From positions 13,007-77,006 of the forward strand of contig CAZQBY010000006.1 of assembly GCA_964592405.1 (NCBI GenBank): DNA of 64,000 nucleotides. Reading direction: 5' to 3'. A program made the position numbers and the translations under genes. Source of the DNA: an uncultured archaeon (GTDB taxonomy: Archaea; Altiarchaeota; Altiarchaeia; JAFGQM01). The notes beneath the pieces are model-generated. The model ran no database searches. It was given only the letters and a program-made list of their open reading frames with translations, and was not told the DNA's origin. Positions 1-9,174 of the stretch are shown here, piece after piece (position 1 is the first letter of the stretch; the number at the start of each line of letters is the position of its first letter).

Positions 1-3000
1 CAAATCTGGGTGAAAATTCGGCTACCTGCCCGGAGGATTGCAAACCGCCTGAGACATTGAAAACTGTCATCATTGAAATAATGGGGGATGTCAGGGCAAG
101 TCTCGAGGTTCGTCTGGAGGATAGTGACGGCTATCTCATACAGTCCGACAGCGGAACAGCCAGTCAGTTCGTGATGAACGGCGTGCGGGAGGATATTGTA
201 AGTGTTTCAGTGAGGAACCCAATAAACAGCAGAGTCGTCTCATCCGGACCAATAGAGCTGAAGGAAAGGGTTACACGGGTACCAATAGGTCTCCCTCCGG
301 ATTTCTTTGATGTGGAGGAAAATGCCCCTTCCAAGGGGACCCTCAGGGTCGCAGTTAGGGACGCTGTCACTAACCACCCCCTATCTGCAACAGTCACTGT
401 TGTCATTCCTACCGGTTCCTCTTATGTACTTGTAAGAAGCAAGCATGTTGATGGTGTTGGTTATTTTACACTAGATACCGGCAACTGGTATGCCCTTCTG
501 GCGGATCTCTCCGGATACCAACAGTTCAACAATCTTGATAACCCAATCATGCTGGAGCCGGGGGAGGAGCGGGAGTATACGATTTCCATGCACCCACTTG
601 GTATCCCCACTACTTGGCCGCAGGATAATACATCCATACCTCCATTCTTTCCAAATAACATTACCCCAAATAACATCACACCGGAACTGGCAACAATCAA
701 TATCTGTGTGGCTGACCAGAATGGATCCCCCTTGACAGGATTTGTTGAGATGTATGGAGCTACAGGCATCAAAGAATCTGCTCAGGAGCTCTTGTCCGGT
801 TGCACAACCTTTGAGCTATCCTCTGGAAACATGGTAACTTTCTCCACAGCCGGTCTACCTCCAGACTGTCTGGATGTAACATCACAGGCCATACAGACGA
901 GCCCCGGAATCACTAACCTCAATCTGATAGCAAATTGCGATGTTGACTCTCAGGGAAGGGCAAGGGTCAGGATAATATGTGGAAATAATGCACCCCTCAC
1001 CGGAAATGCAACAATAAATGCTTTCTATGCAAGCGGCAATCAGATTCGTGGCACAGGGCCGGCGGGTTCACTTGCACTTGGCACAGATGGTTATACAGAA
1101 TATATAGGTGTGACTTTGGGAGATCCGTTCTACTTCATGATAACCAATCTTCCCGGCTATCCACCATACACTTCTGACGAATTTACAGTATCCGGTTCTA
1201 CTGACAGATCCATAGATATATGTATACCATCCTCTTCTCCTCCTGAAAGCAACATCACATTTCAGGACATATCCTATCCAAATCCTGTTATCGGAGGCTC
1301 TATTTTCAATGTGGAGATACCGCTCATCCTGTATGGCAATACTGACATAACGGACTTTGTCAATATATCCGCAGGCTTTGCCGGAATCTCCTGCCAGATC
1401 AGCAAAAACAATGGATGGTCTGCAAGATGCCTGGCACCATCCAGTCCGGGAGAGTATGATCTTTTCGTCTCCGCCACTTATCAGGGAAGGGAGAAGGTAG
1501 TTGTGAGGCAGATAACAGTCCTTGGCAGAGGAAGTCCAATATTCACCCTCACTCCACATGCAATTCTCAACACCCGGCCACCAATAGATCTGGAGATGGA
1601 CATAACCTTCAATACAACTCCACTTGATTCGCTCACCGATAGCCGTGTTACTGTCATTTATGAGGAGGGCGGCATCATAATCACAGATCAGCTGAGCCTC
1701 TCCGGTGGCAGCGGTCTTTACTACGTCACTATCGACAGTCCGTTTCCGGGGCAGCACCGCGCCGAGATATATCTGAAAAAGATAACTGGTGGCAGAATCT
1801 ATGAACAGAACTTCACAGTCCATTTCACCCTGACGCAAACAGGTACCCGGGTAACATCCGAGGCGTCTATAGATCCTGTGATACTCGCGCCCGCGGATCA
1901 GTTTACGACTGATGTTAGACTATGGTCAAACAGTATTGAAATTCCGGATCTGAACAATCTCTTCCTTATTCTTCAGGAGCAGAGGAGCAGACTGCCCTGG
2001 AACCCAAACACACATACCTACCATGGAATCTTCACGGCTCCGGATTATGAAGGCATCTTTTCTGTGGTCATAGAACTTGGAACCCAGGCCCTCTCCACCA
2101 AAAAAATATATGTTGTTGACACGACAAAAAACAAGGCTACCAGTTGTGATATAGCAAACTGTCAGACTATACCAGAGGTAAGAAAATGCGTCCAAGAATA
2201 CCATCTTGATGGACGATATTCCGAACAGGAAACCATAAGATGTATAGAATCCGGCTTCTTCTCCGACATAGGAACCGAACCAATACATTGCAAATCCCCA
2301 TCTGCCAATCGCGGCGACTGGGATAACAACTGCATGATTAACGCAGAGGGAGGTATTGATGACCTCTTCATAATGAGTGAGCTCCTTCGTAGAATCCCCG
2401 ACCAGGATGAGAGAAATACATACAGGGGCTGTGGCGACATGGACAATGACGGCGATGTGGATGAAGATGACCTGAAGTGCCTCAGGAATGTTGCGGCCCT
2501 TAAGTGGTTTGGTGATGTGGGTGACGGCACCTGCTCTACACCAATGCGCGGGGGCTTCTGCTTTGACATAGAGTCAGGTGTGCCCGGAGACTTTGACAAT
2601 AACAAAAACATAGATTCAGATGATGTGGTCATAATGACAAAGATATTGGATGTAATTTCATCCGGGATAACACCACCTCCTGAACTCCTGGACATAGCTG
2701 ATTTTGACAAAAACGGCCAGATAGACAGAACCGACAGTCAATGCCTTGAAAACATAGCTGGGGCCGGACCGATACCACTTTACTGCTTGGGAGTGTATGA
2801 CTTTGGATGTACGGGCACCAAGGGGGATATCACAAGAAATGGGGAATTGGACAGCATAGACATGATCCTTATGGCTTGGATGGTTGACGGACGGGTTGAT
2901 CCAGCTTCAGTATTTGACTGTGCTGATATAACTGATGATGGGGCTGTTGACGAAAAAGATCTCATGTGCTTATCCGGAATCGTAAATGAAAACACAAATG

Positions 3001-5057
3001 ATGTTGAGGATTACTGCACTCCATGCCAGATACGTATGAATGAATTAGGCAGATACGGCGATGAGATATGCCACGACGGTCTGGACAACGACTGCGACGG
3101 GTATATCGATGAGGCATGCCAGTGTGATGTAAACCAAAAATGCAATCGGAAGTATGACAATGACGGACTGTACAATACAGACGATTTCAAATATTGCCGT
3201 TCCCTGAGCTGGATGCTGGAAGGCGCATGGGAATGGTATTTCCCACAGGTCTACTCAAGATGCACTAGTGATATACAGTGTGAGACAAGAGCCTGCGAGG
3301 GATATGAGCGTATATGCAGCTCGCCTGATGGAACCAAAGGAAAGTGGTATAAGAGGGATGAGCTTCCGAAGGAGAGATGCGGCGACGGCTGGGACAATGA
3401 CTGCGTGGGTGGGGATGCAAGATGTCCGAGCAGCTGCTTCCCGGCTGGAACGCCAGTCACCATGGCTGATGGCTCATCCAAACCAATAGAAGAGGTCAGG
3501 GTTGGTGATATGGTCCTCAGCTATGACCCCACAGCGAAGACCTTTGCAGCAGGCAGGATCCTGGAGGTGGAGTCGCCCATAAGATATCACCTATACACAC
3601 TTATCTTTGAGGATGGAACCCAGCTTCGCCTCACTGGCGAGCATCCACTCTATGTCAAAGGCAAGGGCTGGGCTTCAATAGATCCCGGAGCCACCCATTA
3701 TGAAACCGGTCTGGTCGTACAGAAGCTGAAAGAGGGCGACAGCATATTTAGTAAAGAAAACAGCTGGCTGAAGATAACAAACATAACCTACGAGGAGATT
3801 CCGGAAGGTATTAGGACGTATAACCTCAAGAGGATAAGCGAATACAACAATTTCTTTGCCGGTGGGCTATTGGCTCATAACAAGGGCGGCGGTTGCCTCT
3901 ACACATATTCCATATCCGATGAGGGGCTGATTCTGGACCACCTCGCATATCCATTTTCAATAGTGCCTGCTTGGGAAACATATTCCTATGGAACAATGAC
4001 CCATCTGAAACCAAAGAACGGTCTTCTGAAAATCAGACTTTCCGAGGAGCTTCCCGAAATAACCAACATTAACCATGTAAGGCTCTTTGCAGTTGACCAT
4101 CCACCTGACACAGTTGTAATGCCCGACATAGGGGGCAAGATACACACCCTGTCAGAGCTGCAACCCCCATCATCCTGCATCTGCAGGGATGGAAGCGACT
4201 GTAGGGAGGATCTATTAAAAGAGGATGAAAAGAGCTATATATTCGATCTGGAATCTGCAAAGAGAGAGGACATCCATGATGCCCAAGATGCCATAGTCCT
4301 TGAGTTCCCAAAGCCGGCCTCTGCCGAGATGGCCAAAGTGGTAGTCAAGGGTGAGGAGTCCGGCCTGATAACATTCGTCTGGTGGCAGATACTGGACAGG
4401 GTTGGTGCAAACAACATGCAGGATTTCCTTGCCAGTCTTGGTTCGGGCTCTTTTGAATCCATCCTCTTTGACCAGTTTGCAAACAGGAAGGGCAAGGTCA
4501 ATATTCAGGTCTGGGATGGTCATAATTGGTTGGATGTAGCCTCCGAATATCTGGGCTTCTCCAAATATGGCAAGGGTGGTGAGGTTCTTGTCCCCATATA
4601 CCTGCCACAGCTTGGGGATGTTAAGGACAAGGACAGTCTGAAAATAAGACTGCTGTTCTCAAAAGGAGCATTTGAAATAGATTATGTCGGGATTGACTAC
4701 TCAACTGACGCCCCGGTCATCCTATATGAGCTGCCCATGGTCAGTGCAGAGACCTACGATTTGAGAGATGTCATCAGCTTGTTGCAAAATGATGATAATC
4801 TCTACCTGACTCTCAACAAGGGCGGCTGGGTTGACGTCACATTCTCAAAACCGGTTCCTGAGAACGACCTGCAGAGGTCGTATGTCGTTGCTGTGAAGGG
4901 TTACTACACATATGATATCAAAAGTCAGAGAAATCTTACACCTGAGACGCAGGGCTGGATTATCAGGATGATGCTAGATGAACCCTACCTTATTGACTAT
5001 GTTATGGAGAACTATCCGCAGAAGAAGGAGGCCTTCTTCCGCATTTACAATGGGTAA
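1..5057 (+). CDS. Giant surface protein P1 (5'-truncated by the window): Ig/carboxypeptidase-regulatory-like repeats, three dockerin-like domains, MopE-like Cys/Asp motifs, Hint domain, C-terminal domain of unknown function
   Basis: The frame is open from base 3 (NLGENSATCPEDCKPPETL, same as P2), so the start lies upstream. Six DxDxxGxxDxxD-type loops at about 2308-2980; EICHDGLDNDCDG motif; Hint domain at 3435-3881. Confidence 0.9.
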   Translation, partial: NLGENSATCPEDCKPPETLKTVIIEIMGDVRASLEVRLEDSDGYLIQSDSGTASQFVMNGVREDIVSVSVRNPINSRVVSSGPIELKERVTRVPIGLPPDFFDVEENAPSKGTLRVAVRDAVTNHPLSATVTVVIPTGSSYVLVRSKHVDGVGYFTLDTGNWYALLADLSGYQQFNNLDNPIMLEPGEEREYTISMHPLGIPTTWPQDNTSIPPFFPNNITPNNITPELATINICVADQNGSPLTGFVEMYGATGIKESAQELLSGCTTFELSSGNMVTFSTAGLPPDCLDVTSQAIQTSPGITNLNLIANCDVDSQGRARVRIICGNNAPLTGNATINAFYASGNQIRGTGPAGSLALGTDGYTEYIGVTLGDPFYFMITNLPGYPPYTSDEFTVSGSTDRSIDICIPSSSPPESNITFQDISYPNPVIGGSIFNVEIPLILYGNTDITDFVNISAGFAGISCQISKNNGWSARCLAPSSPGEYDLFVSATYQGREKVVVRQITVLGRGSPIFTLTPHAILNTRPPIDLEMDITFNTTPLDSLTDSRVTVIYEEGGIIITDQLSLSGGSGLYYVTIDSPFPGQHRAEIYLKKITGGRIYEQNFTVHFTLTQTGTRVTSEASIDPVILAPADQFTTDVRLWSNSIEIPDLNNLFLILQEQRSRLPWNPNTHTYHGIFTAPDYEGIFSVVIELGTQALSTKKIYVVDTTKNKATSCDIANCQTIPEVRKCVQEYHLDGRYSEQETIRCIESGFFSDIGTEPIHCKSPSANRGDWDNNCMINAEGGIDDLFIMSELLRRIPDQDERNTYRGCGDMDNDGDVDEDDLKCLRNVAALKWFGDVGDGTCSTPMRGGFCFDIESGVPGDFDNNKNIDSDDVVIMTKILDVISSGITPPPELLDIADFDKNGQIDRTDSQCLENIAGAGPIPLYCLGVYDFGCTGTKGDITRNGELDSIDMILMAWMVDGRVDPASVFDCADITDDGAVDEKDLMCLSGIVNENTNDVEDYCTPCQIRMNELGRYGDEICHDGLDNDCDGYIDEACQCDVNQKCNRKYDNDGLYNTDDFKYCRSLSWMLEGAWEWYFPQVYSRCTSDIQCETRACEGYERICSSPDGTKGKWYKRDELPKERCGDGWDNDCVGGDARCPSSCFPAGTPVTMADGSSKPIEEVRVGDMVLSYDPTAKTFAAGRILEVESPIRYHLYTLIFEDGTQLRLTGEHPLYVKGKGWASIDPGATHYETGLVVQKLKEGDSIFSKENSWLKITNITYEEIPEGIRTYNLKRISEYNNFFAGGLLAHNKGGGCLYTYSISDEGLILDHLAYPFSIVPAWETYSYGTMTHLKPKNGLLKIRLSEELPEITNINHVRLFAVDHPPDTVVMPDIGGKIHTLSELQPPSSCICRDGSDCREDLLKEDEKSYIFDLESAKREDIHDAQDAIVLEFPKPASAEMAKVVVKGEESGLITFVWWQILDRVGANNMQDFLASLGSGSFESILFDQFANRKGKVNIQVWDGHNWLDVASEYLGFSKYGKGGEVLVPIYLPQLGDVKDKDSLKIRLLFSKGAFEIDYVGIDYSTDAPVILYELPMVSAETYDLRDVISLLQNDDNLYLTLNKGGWVDVTFSKPVPENDLQRSYVVAVKGYYTYDIKSQRNLTPETQGWIIRMMLDEPYLIDYVMENYPQKKEAFFRIYNG
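2409..2571 (+). repeat. Near-identical 163-bp patch shared with 7641-7803
   Basis: Six mismatches by manual alignment; flanks are much more diverged. Confidence 0.9.
3435..3881 (+). other. Hint (intein-like, BIL/PT-HINT type) auto-processing domain, 149 aa, no homing endonuclease
   Basis: Block A CFPAGTPV..ADG, block B LTGEHP, block F TYNL..NFFA, block G LAHN followed by Lys rather than C/S/T. Confidence 0.9.
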
Positions 5058-5072
5058 TTAACAATCTATAAT

Positions 5073-7898
5073 ATGTCCTATGACGATTTTTTATGGGATA
5101 TTCTGGAAAGACTGCACCTAGCCGATTTCTTTGATGAGCACAACATCCCACCCATTCTCTTTTTGGTTGTGCTGGTGCTACTTGCCATCCTGATAATATG
5201 GCTCGCCTATGGTTTTGGCGGGGGTGTTGAAGAACCAGAGACCGGGGTCTGTGGCGATGGAATCTGCCAGACAAATCTGGGTGAAAATTCGGCTACCTGC
5301 CCGGAGGATTGCAAACCGCCTGAGACGTTAAAAACTGTTTTGGTTGATATCCTAGATGCAGTTAGGAGTAATATTGACATTATCGCGGAAGATAGCGAGG
5401 GCAACATACTATACTCCAGCAGCGGGACGGGGAACAAGTTCAAGATAACGGATATAACTGCTGACTCAGTCAAGGTAACTGTCAGAAATCCCCTTAACGG
5501 AATGACAGTATCATCTGACTATGTGAAATTGGAGGAAGAGACTACCAATATACCTATAGGGCTCCCACCGCAATTCTTCGATGTTGAATCAGTGGTCCCG
5601 CCGGAGAAGGCCACCCTGCGGATAGTGCTTAAAAACAAGGAAACTGGGGATCCGATCAGCGGGAAGGTCAGCGCAGTTATACCAAATGGCATTTCCTATG
5701 TTCTTGCAGAAGCGAAGAACATCGACGGAACCGGCTACTTTACACTAAACGCAGATCAGGATTATGCCCTCATAGTGGACTCACAGGGTTATAGACAATA
5801 CAATACACTGTCCAGCCCCATACGTCTGAGCGCAAGGATGGAGGAAGAGATCATAATAGAGCTGGAGCCTTTATCGTCCGACATACCATCTGACACAAGT
5901 GCAACAGTCAGTGAAGAAGCTACACTGAGGGTATGTATTCACAACCAGACCGGCGGCCCGGTGCCGGGCTCTGTGGAAGTGTATACGGCTACAAATGTCC
6001 GGCTGGTGACCAGAGAAGTTTCATCAGACGGATGTGCAACTTTTGAACTGACTCCGGGGGATCTGGTTTTCCTCTCCACAACAAATCTTCCGGAAGAGTG
6101 CCTTGATGCACTCTCTGCTCCTGTGCAGATACTACCGGAGGGAAATGAGTTTACACTAAACGTGCAATGCGGAGGTGCATACGGCAGGGTGCGCATGAAG
6201 ATATTGGGGGAGAACGACGAGATTCTTACCAGTGAAGCAACCATAACCGCCTGGTATGCAAGTGGTCAGCAGATAAGCGGCTCCGGTTATGGACACTCTC
6301 TATTGACTCCGCCGGGTTCTGAGTACACTGAGTATGTAGAGGTGGCTGCATCAACACCCTTTAACTTTATGGTAACCGGGCTGGAGGGTTATGCAACCTA
6401 CAGATCACAGAATTATATGGCTGAGCCATTTGAGGACAGGTCCATAGAGCTTCAGCTAACCCGCGAATCACTATCAGAGGATACCATCAGATTTTTAGGG
6501 GTAGTTTATCCAAATCCGACCTTTCCGAACCAGATATTTACTGTCACAATCCCAACAGTCATGTCGGGCAATTCCGACATCACTAATCTTGCAGATGTTG
6601 GGGTCAGTCTGGCTGGAACTGATTGCCATGTAACCAAGAGCCAGTTCTGGATAGCCAGATGCACAGCACCATCACAACCAGGTAGCTATGACCTGATAAT
6701 ATCTGCGAGTTATGGAGGTAAGTATAATACTGATATACGGGAGCTGACTGTTTTGGGCAGAGGCACAGGCCTTTTCACACTAGAACTCATAGGATTGCCG
6801 GATACAACTCCACCGACAACCTTGGAGTTCAATATAACCCTCAACGGCACGCCCCTAGATTCCCTAACTGACAGCAACGTTACGATATTCTATGTTCCGG
6901 GGGATATCATGGTAGCGGACCAGCTGAGCCTTTCTGGAGACAACGGTTTTTACACCCTCACAGCGGATAGTCAGTTCTCTGGCGAGCACCGCGCCGAGAT
7001 ACACCTCATGAAGATAAAACACGGGAAGGTCTATGAGCAGAATTTCACAATCACCTTTATGTTATCCGCTGCTCCTTCGGCGATGGCTGTCCAGGAGCTT
7101 ATTGAGCCACGCATACTGGAGCCCAGGGAGGCGTTCACAGTGGACGTCCGAATACAGGGCGTGGAGGCAGACGTGCCAAATCTGGATAATGTTTACTTTG
7201 TAGTCAAGAACCAGAGAACCAACCTTCCATGGAATCAAAGGCTGCACACCTACCACAGGGATCTTAATGCTCCCGGAGACGAGGGCATCTATCCGGTTGT
7301 CACAGAGCTTGGGGATGTTCCGTTAACTGGAGATAAGAAGATATATGTGGTAGACACAACAAAGCCCAAGTTCCCAACATGTGAGATAACCGGATGTGAG
7401 ACTATCCCGGATGTCAGAAGTTGTGTCTATGAATACAGATATGGGGGGCAGCACAACGAGGAAGAGGTCATAGTGTGCATAGAATCAGGCTGGACTAGTG
7501 AGGGCCTGTATCTCCCGCATTGTATCCTTCCATCTGCCAATCGCGGCGACTGGAATGAGAACTGCAGACTTGATGCAGAGGGACCTGACAGTGATGTTAC
7601 CCTGATGGAGGAATTTCTGAGAAAGATTCCCCATCAGGCTGAGAGAAATACATACAGGGGCTGCGGCGACATGGACAATGACGGTGATGTGGATGAAGAT
7701 GACCTGAAGTGCCTCAGGAATGTTGCATCCCTTAAGTGGTTTGGTGATGTGGGCGACGGCACCTGCTCTAAACCAATGCGCGGGGGCTTCTGCTTTGACA
7801 TAGGTGCAGAGATACCCGGAGACTACAACAGCAACATCAATTTCGATGAGGGCGATCTTGAGATCATGTCGCGCATAATTCATACAATAGAATCATGA
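5073..7898 (+). CDS. Surface protein P2, paralog of P1, N-terminal part of a split gene
   Basis: Acidic leader, TM helix and CGDGIC..CPEDC motif. Colinear with P1 until it stops in the middle of a dockerin (IES*). Confidence 0.85.
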   Translation: MSYDDFLWDILERLHLADFFDEHNIPPILFLVVLVLLAILIIWLAYGFGGGVEEPETGVCGDGICQTNLGENSATCPEDCKPPETLKTVLVDILDAVRSNIDIIAEDSEGNILYSSSGTGNKFKITDITADSVKVTVRNPLNGMTVSSDYVKLEEETTNIPIGLPPQFFDVESVVPPEKATLRIVLKNKETGDPISGKVSAVIPNGISYVLAEAKNIDGTGYFTLNADQDYALIVDSQGYRQYNTLSSPIRLSARMEEEIIIELEPLSSDIPSDTSATVSEEATLRVCIHNQTGGPVPGSVEVYTATNVRLVTREVSSDGCATFELTPGDLVFLSTTNLPEECLDALSAPVQILPEGNEFTLNVQCGGAYGRVRMKILGENDEILTSEATITAWYASGQQISGSGYGHSLLTPPGSEYTEYVEVAASTPFNFMVTGLEGYATYRSQNYMAEPFEDRSIELQLTRESLSEDTIRFLGVVYPNPTFPNQIFTVTIPTVMSGNSDITNLADVGVSLAGTDCHVTKSQFWIARCTAPSQPGSYDLIISASYGGKYNTDIRELTVLGRGTGLFTLELIGLPDTTPPTTLEFNITLNGTPLDSLTDSNVTIFYVPGDIMVADQLSLSGDNGFYTLTADSQFSGEHRAEIHLMKIKHGKVYEQNFTITFMLSAAPSAMAVQELIEPRILEPREAFTVDVRIQGVEADVPNLDNVYFVVKNQRTNLPWNQRLHTYHRDLNAPGDEGIYPVVTELGDVPLTGDKKIYVVDTTKPKFPTCEITGCETIPDVRSCVYEYRYGGQHNEEEVIVCIESGWTSEGLYLPHCILPSANRGDWNENCRLDAEGPDSDVTLMEEFLRKIPHQAERNTYRGCGDMDNDGDVDEDDLKCLRNVASLKWFGDVGDGTCSKPMRGGFCFDIGAEIPGDYNSNINFDEGDLEIMSRIIHTIES

Positions 7899-7955
7899 TT
7901 TTATGTGGATTTTTATGTCAATAGTATAATTTATCTTGAAATAATTTATCCTGAA

Positions 7956-9101
7956 ATGGATACGCCGAAAGCAGTTGAAACAAAAACATGTATTATTGCA
8001 GACACTAAAGACACATGTAAAGGCGATTACAAATTCCTTGCCATGGCCTCTATACTGGTCCTTTTGCTCTATCCATTCAGGGTCCCGGCTGTAAGTGTTT
8101 CAACACCGCCAGAACTCCTGGAGATAGCCGATTTCGATCAGGACGGGAAGATAAACAATGTTGACCATGAATGTCTGGACTACATAGTCGGCACCAGCCG
8201 GATACCCCTGCACTGCCTCAGGATATACAACTTTGGTTGCAGCGGCCTTAGGGGGGATCTGAATCAAAACGGCGAGCTGGATACCATAGATCTCATACTT
8301 GAAAAATGGATAATTGACAACAGGGTTGACTATCATGATGTCTTTGATTGTGCCGACATGACTGCTGACGATACTGTGGACAGCGATGATCTTGCCTGCA
8401 TGGTTGGTATGGTAGAGGGCAACAATGAGGCTATAAAGGCTTATTGCACCCCCTGCCAGCAAAAAGCCGGACAGGCGGGTAGATACGGCGATGAGATATG
8501 CCACGACGGGCTGGACAACGACTGCAACGGACAGATTGACGACAACTGTGTCTGCAATGAGCTTCAGCCATGTGGCAAGCGACTCGACTATGACGGTCTG
8601 CAGAATACGGATGACTTTAAGTACTGCTGGTCCCTGAGCTGGAAGAACAGCGGGGCATGGGGCTGGTACTGGCCTGAGGAGGTTGAAGAGTGCACAATGC
8701 AGATACAGTGTGAGACCAAGGAGTGCGATGGCAGGAGCTGGCGTTGCAGTTCACCCGGCAATGGGCGTGGTATCTGGTACAAAGGGGCGTTGCCCGCTGA
8801 GTCGGACGACCCGGAAGCCAGCCCCCGGACCTGCGAGGACGGCTGGGACAATGATTGTATTGGGGGGGACGAGAGATGCAAGCCGCCAGAGGAGGGAGGT
8901 ATGATGGGCCTCATTATAGTAATCCTAATCATAGCCATAATATTGATATGCGTAGCCACTGCCTGCTTTGGCCTCTTCGGAGGTGGTGCTGCTGCCGGAG
9001 CAGGAGCAGGAGCCAGTGGGGCCGCAATGGATACTGCAACTCTGATGAACAGTGTAATGAGCGTCCCCGGGGAGATGGTGCCTTTCGGTCCAATAGTCTA
9101 A
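7956..9101 (+). CDS. Surface protein P3, C-terminal part of the split paralog: new signal-like N-terminus, dockerin loops, MopE-like motifs, C-terminal TM and Gly/Ala tail
   Basis: Same frame as P2; homology to P1 resumes at about 8094 (STPPELLEIADFDQDG). Start uncertain (GTG 7905, ATG 7956 or ATG 8043). Confidence 0.75.
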   Translation: MDTPKAVETKTCIIADTKDTCKGDYKFLAMASILVLLLYPFRVPAVSVSTPPELLEIADFDQDGKINNVDHECLDYIVGTSRIPLHCLRIYNFGCSGLRGDLNQNGELDTIDLILEKWIIDNRVDYHDVFDCADMTADDTVDSDDLACMVGMVEGNNEAIKAYCTPCQQKAGQAGRYGDEICHDGLDNDCNGQIDDNCVCNELQPCGKRLDYDGLQNTDDFKYCWSLSWKNSGAWGWYWPEEVEECTMQIQCETKECDGRSWRCSSPGNGRGIWYKGALPAESDDPEASPRTCEDGWDNDCIGGDERCKPPEEGGMMGLIIVILIIAIILICVATACFGLFGGGAAAGAGAGASGAAMDTATLMNSVMSVPGEMVPFGPIV

Positions 9102-9146
9102 CATCAAAACAGCGCTTTCCTTAGCAGAGTCAATGAATCCACCACA

Positions 9147-9156
9147 TTTTTAATAA
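9147..9156 (+). promoter_or_regulatory. Putative TATA box of P4 (probably leaderless mRNA)
   Basis: TTTTTAATAA about 25 nt upstream of ATG 9175. Confidence 0.45.
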
Positions 9157-9174
9157 TCCTGTCATAATCTTAAC

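Noticed and set aside
3435-3881. Canonical mobile intein
   Set aside because: The +1 residue is Lys, there is no endonuclease, and the host is a surface protein.
3882-5072. Classical polymorphic toxin with an immunity gene
   Set aside because: No recognisable toxin motif in the tail and no small immunity ORF; the next gene is a paralog 15 bp away.
2409-7803. Repeat pair as a DGR template/variable region
   Set aside because: Mismatches are not adenine-specific, both copies are coding, and no reverse transcriptase is in the window.
7896-7898. TGA as selenocysteine or a reassigned codon
   Set aside because: It aligns to Gly at the insertion edge rather than Cys, and TGA terminates many conserved genes here (secF, secD, rps15).
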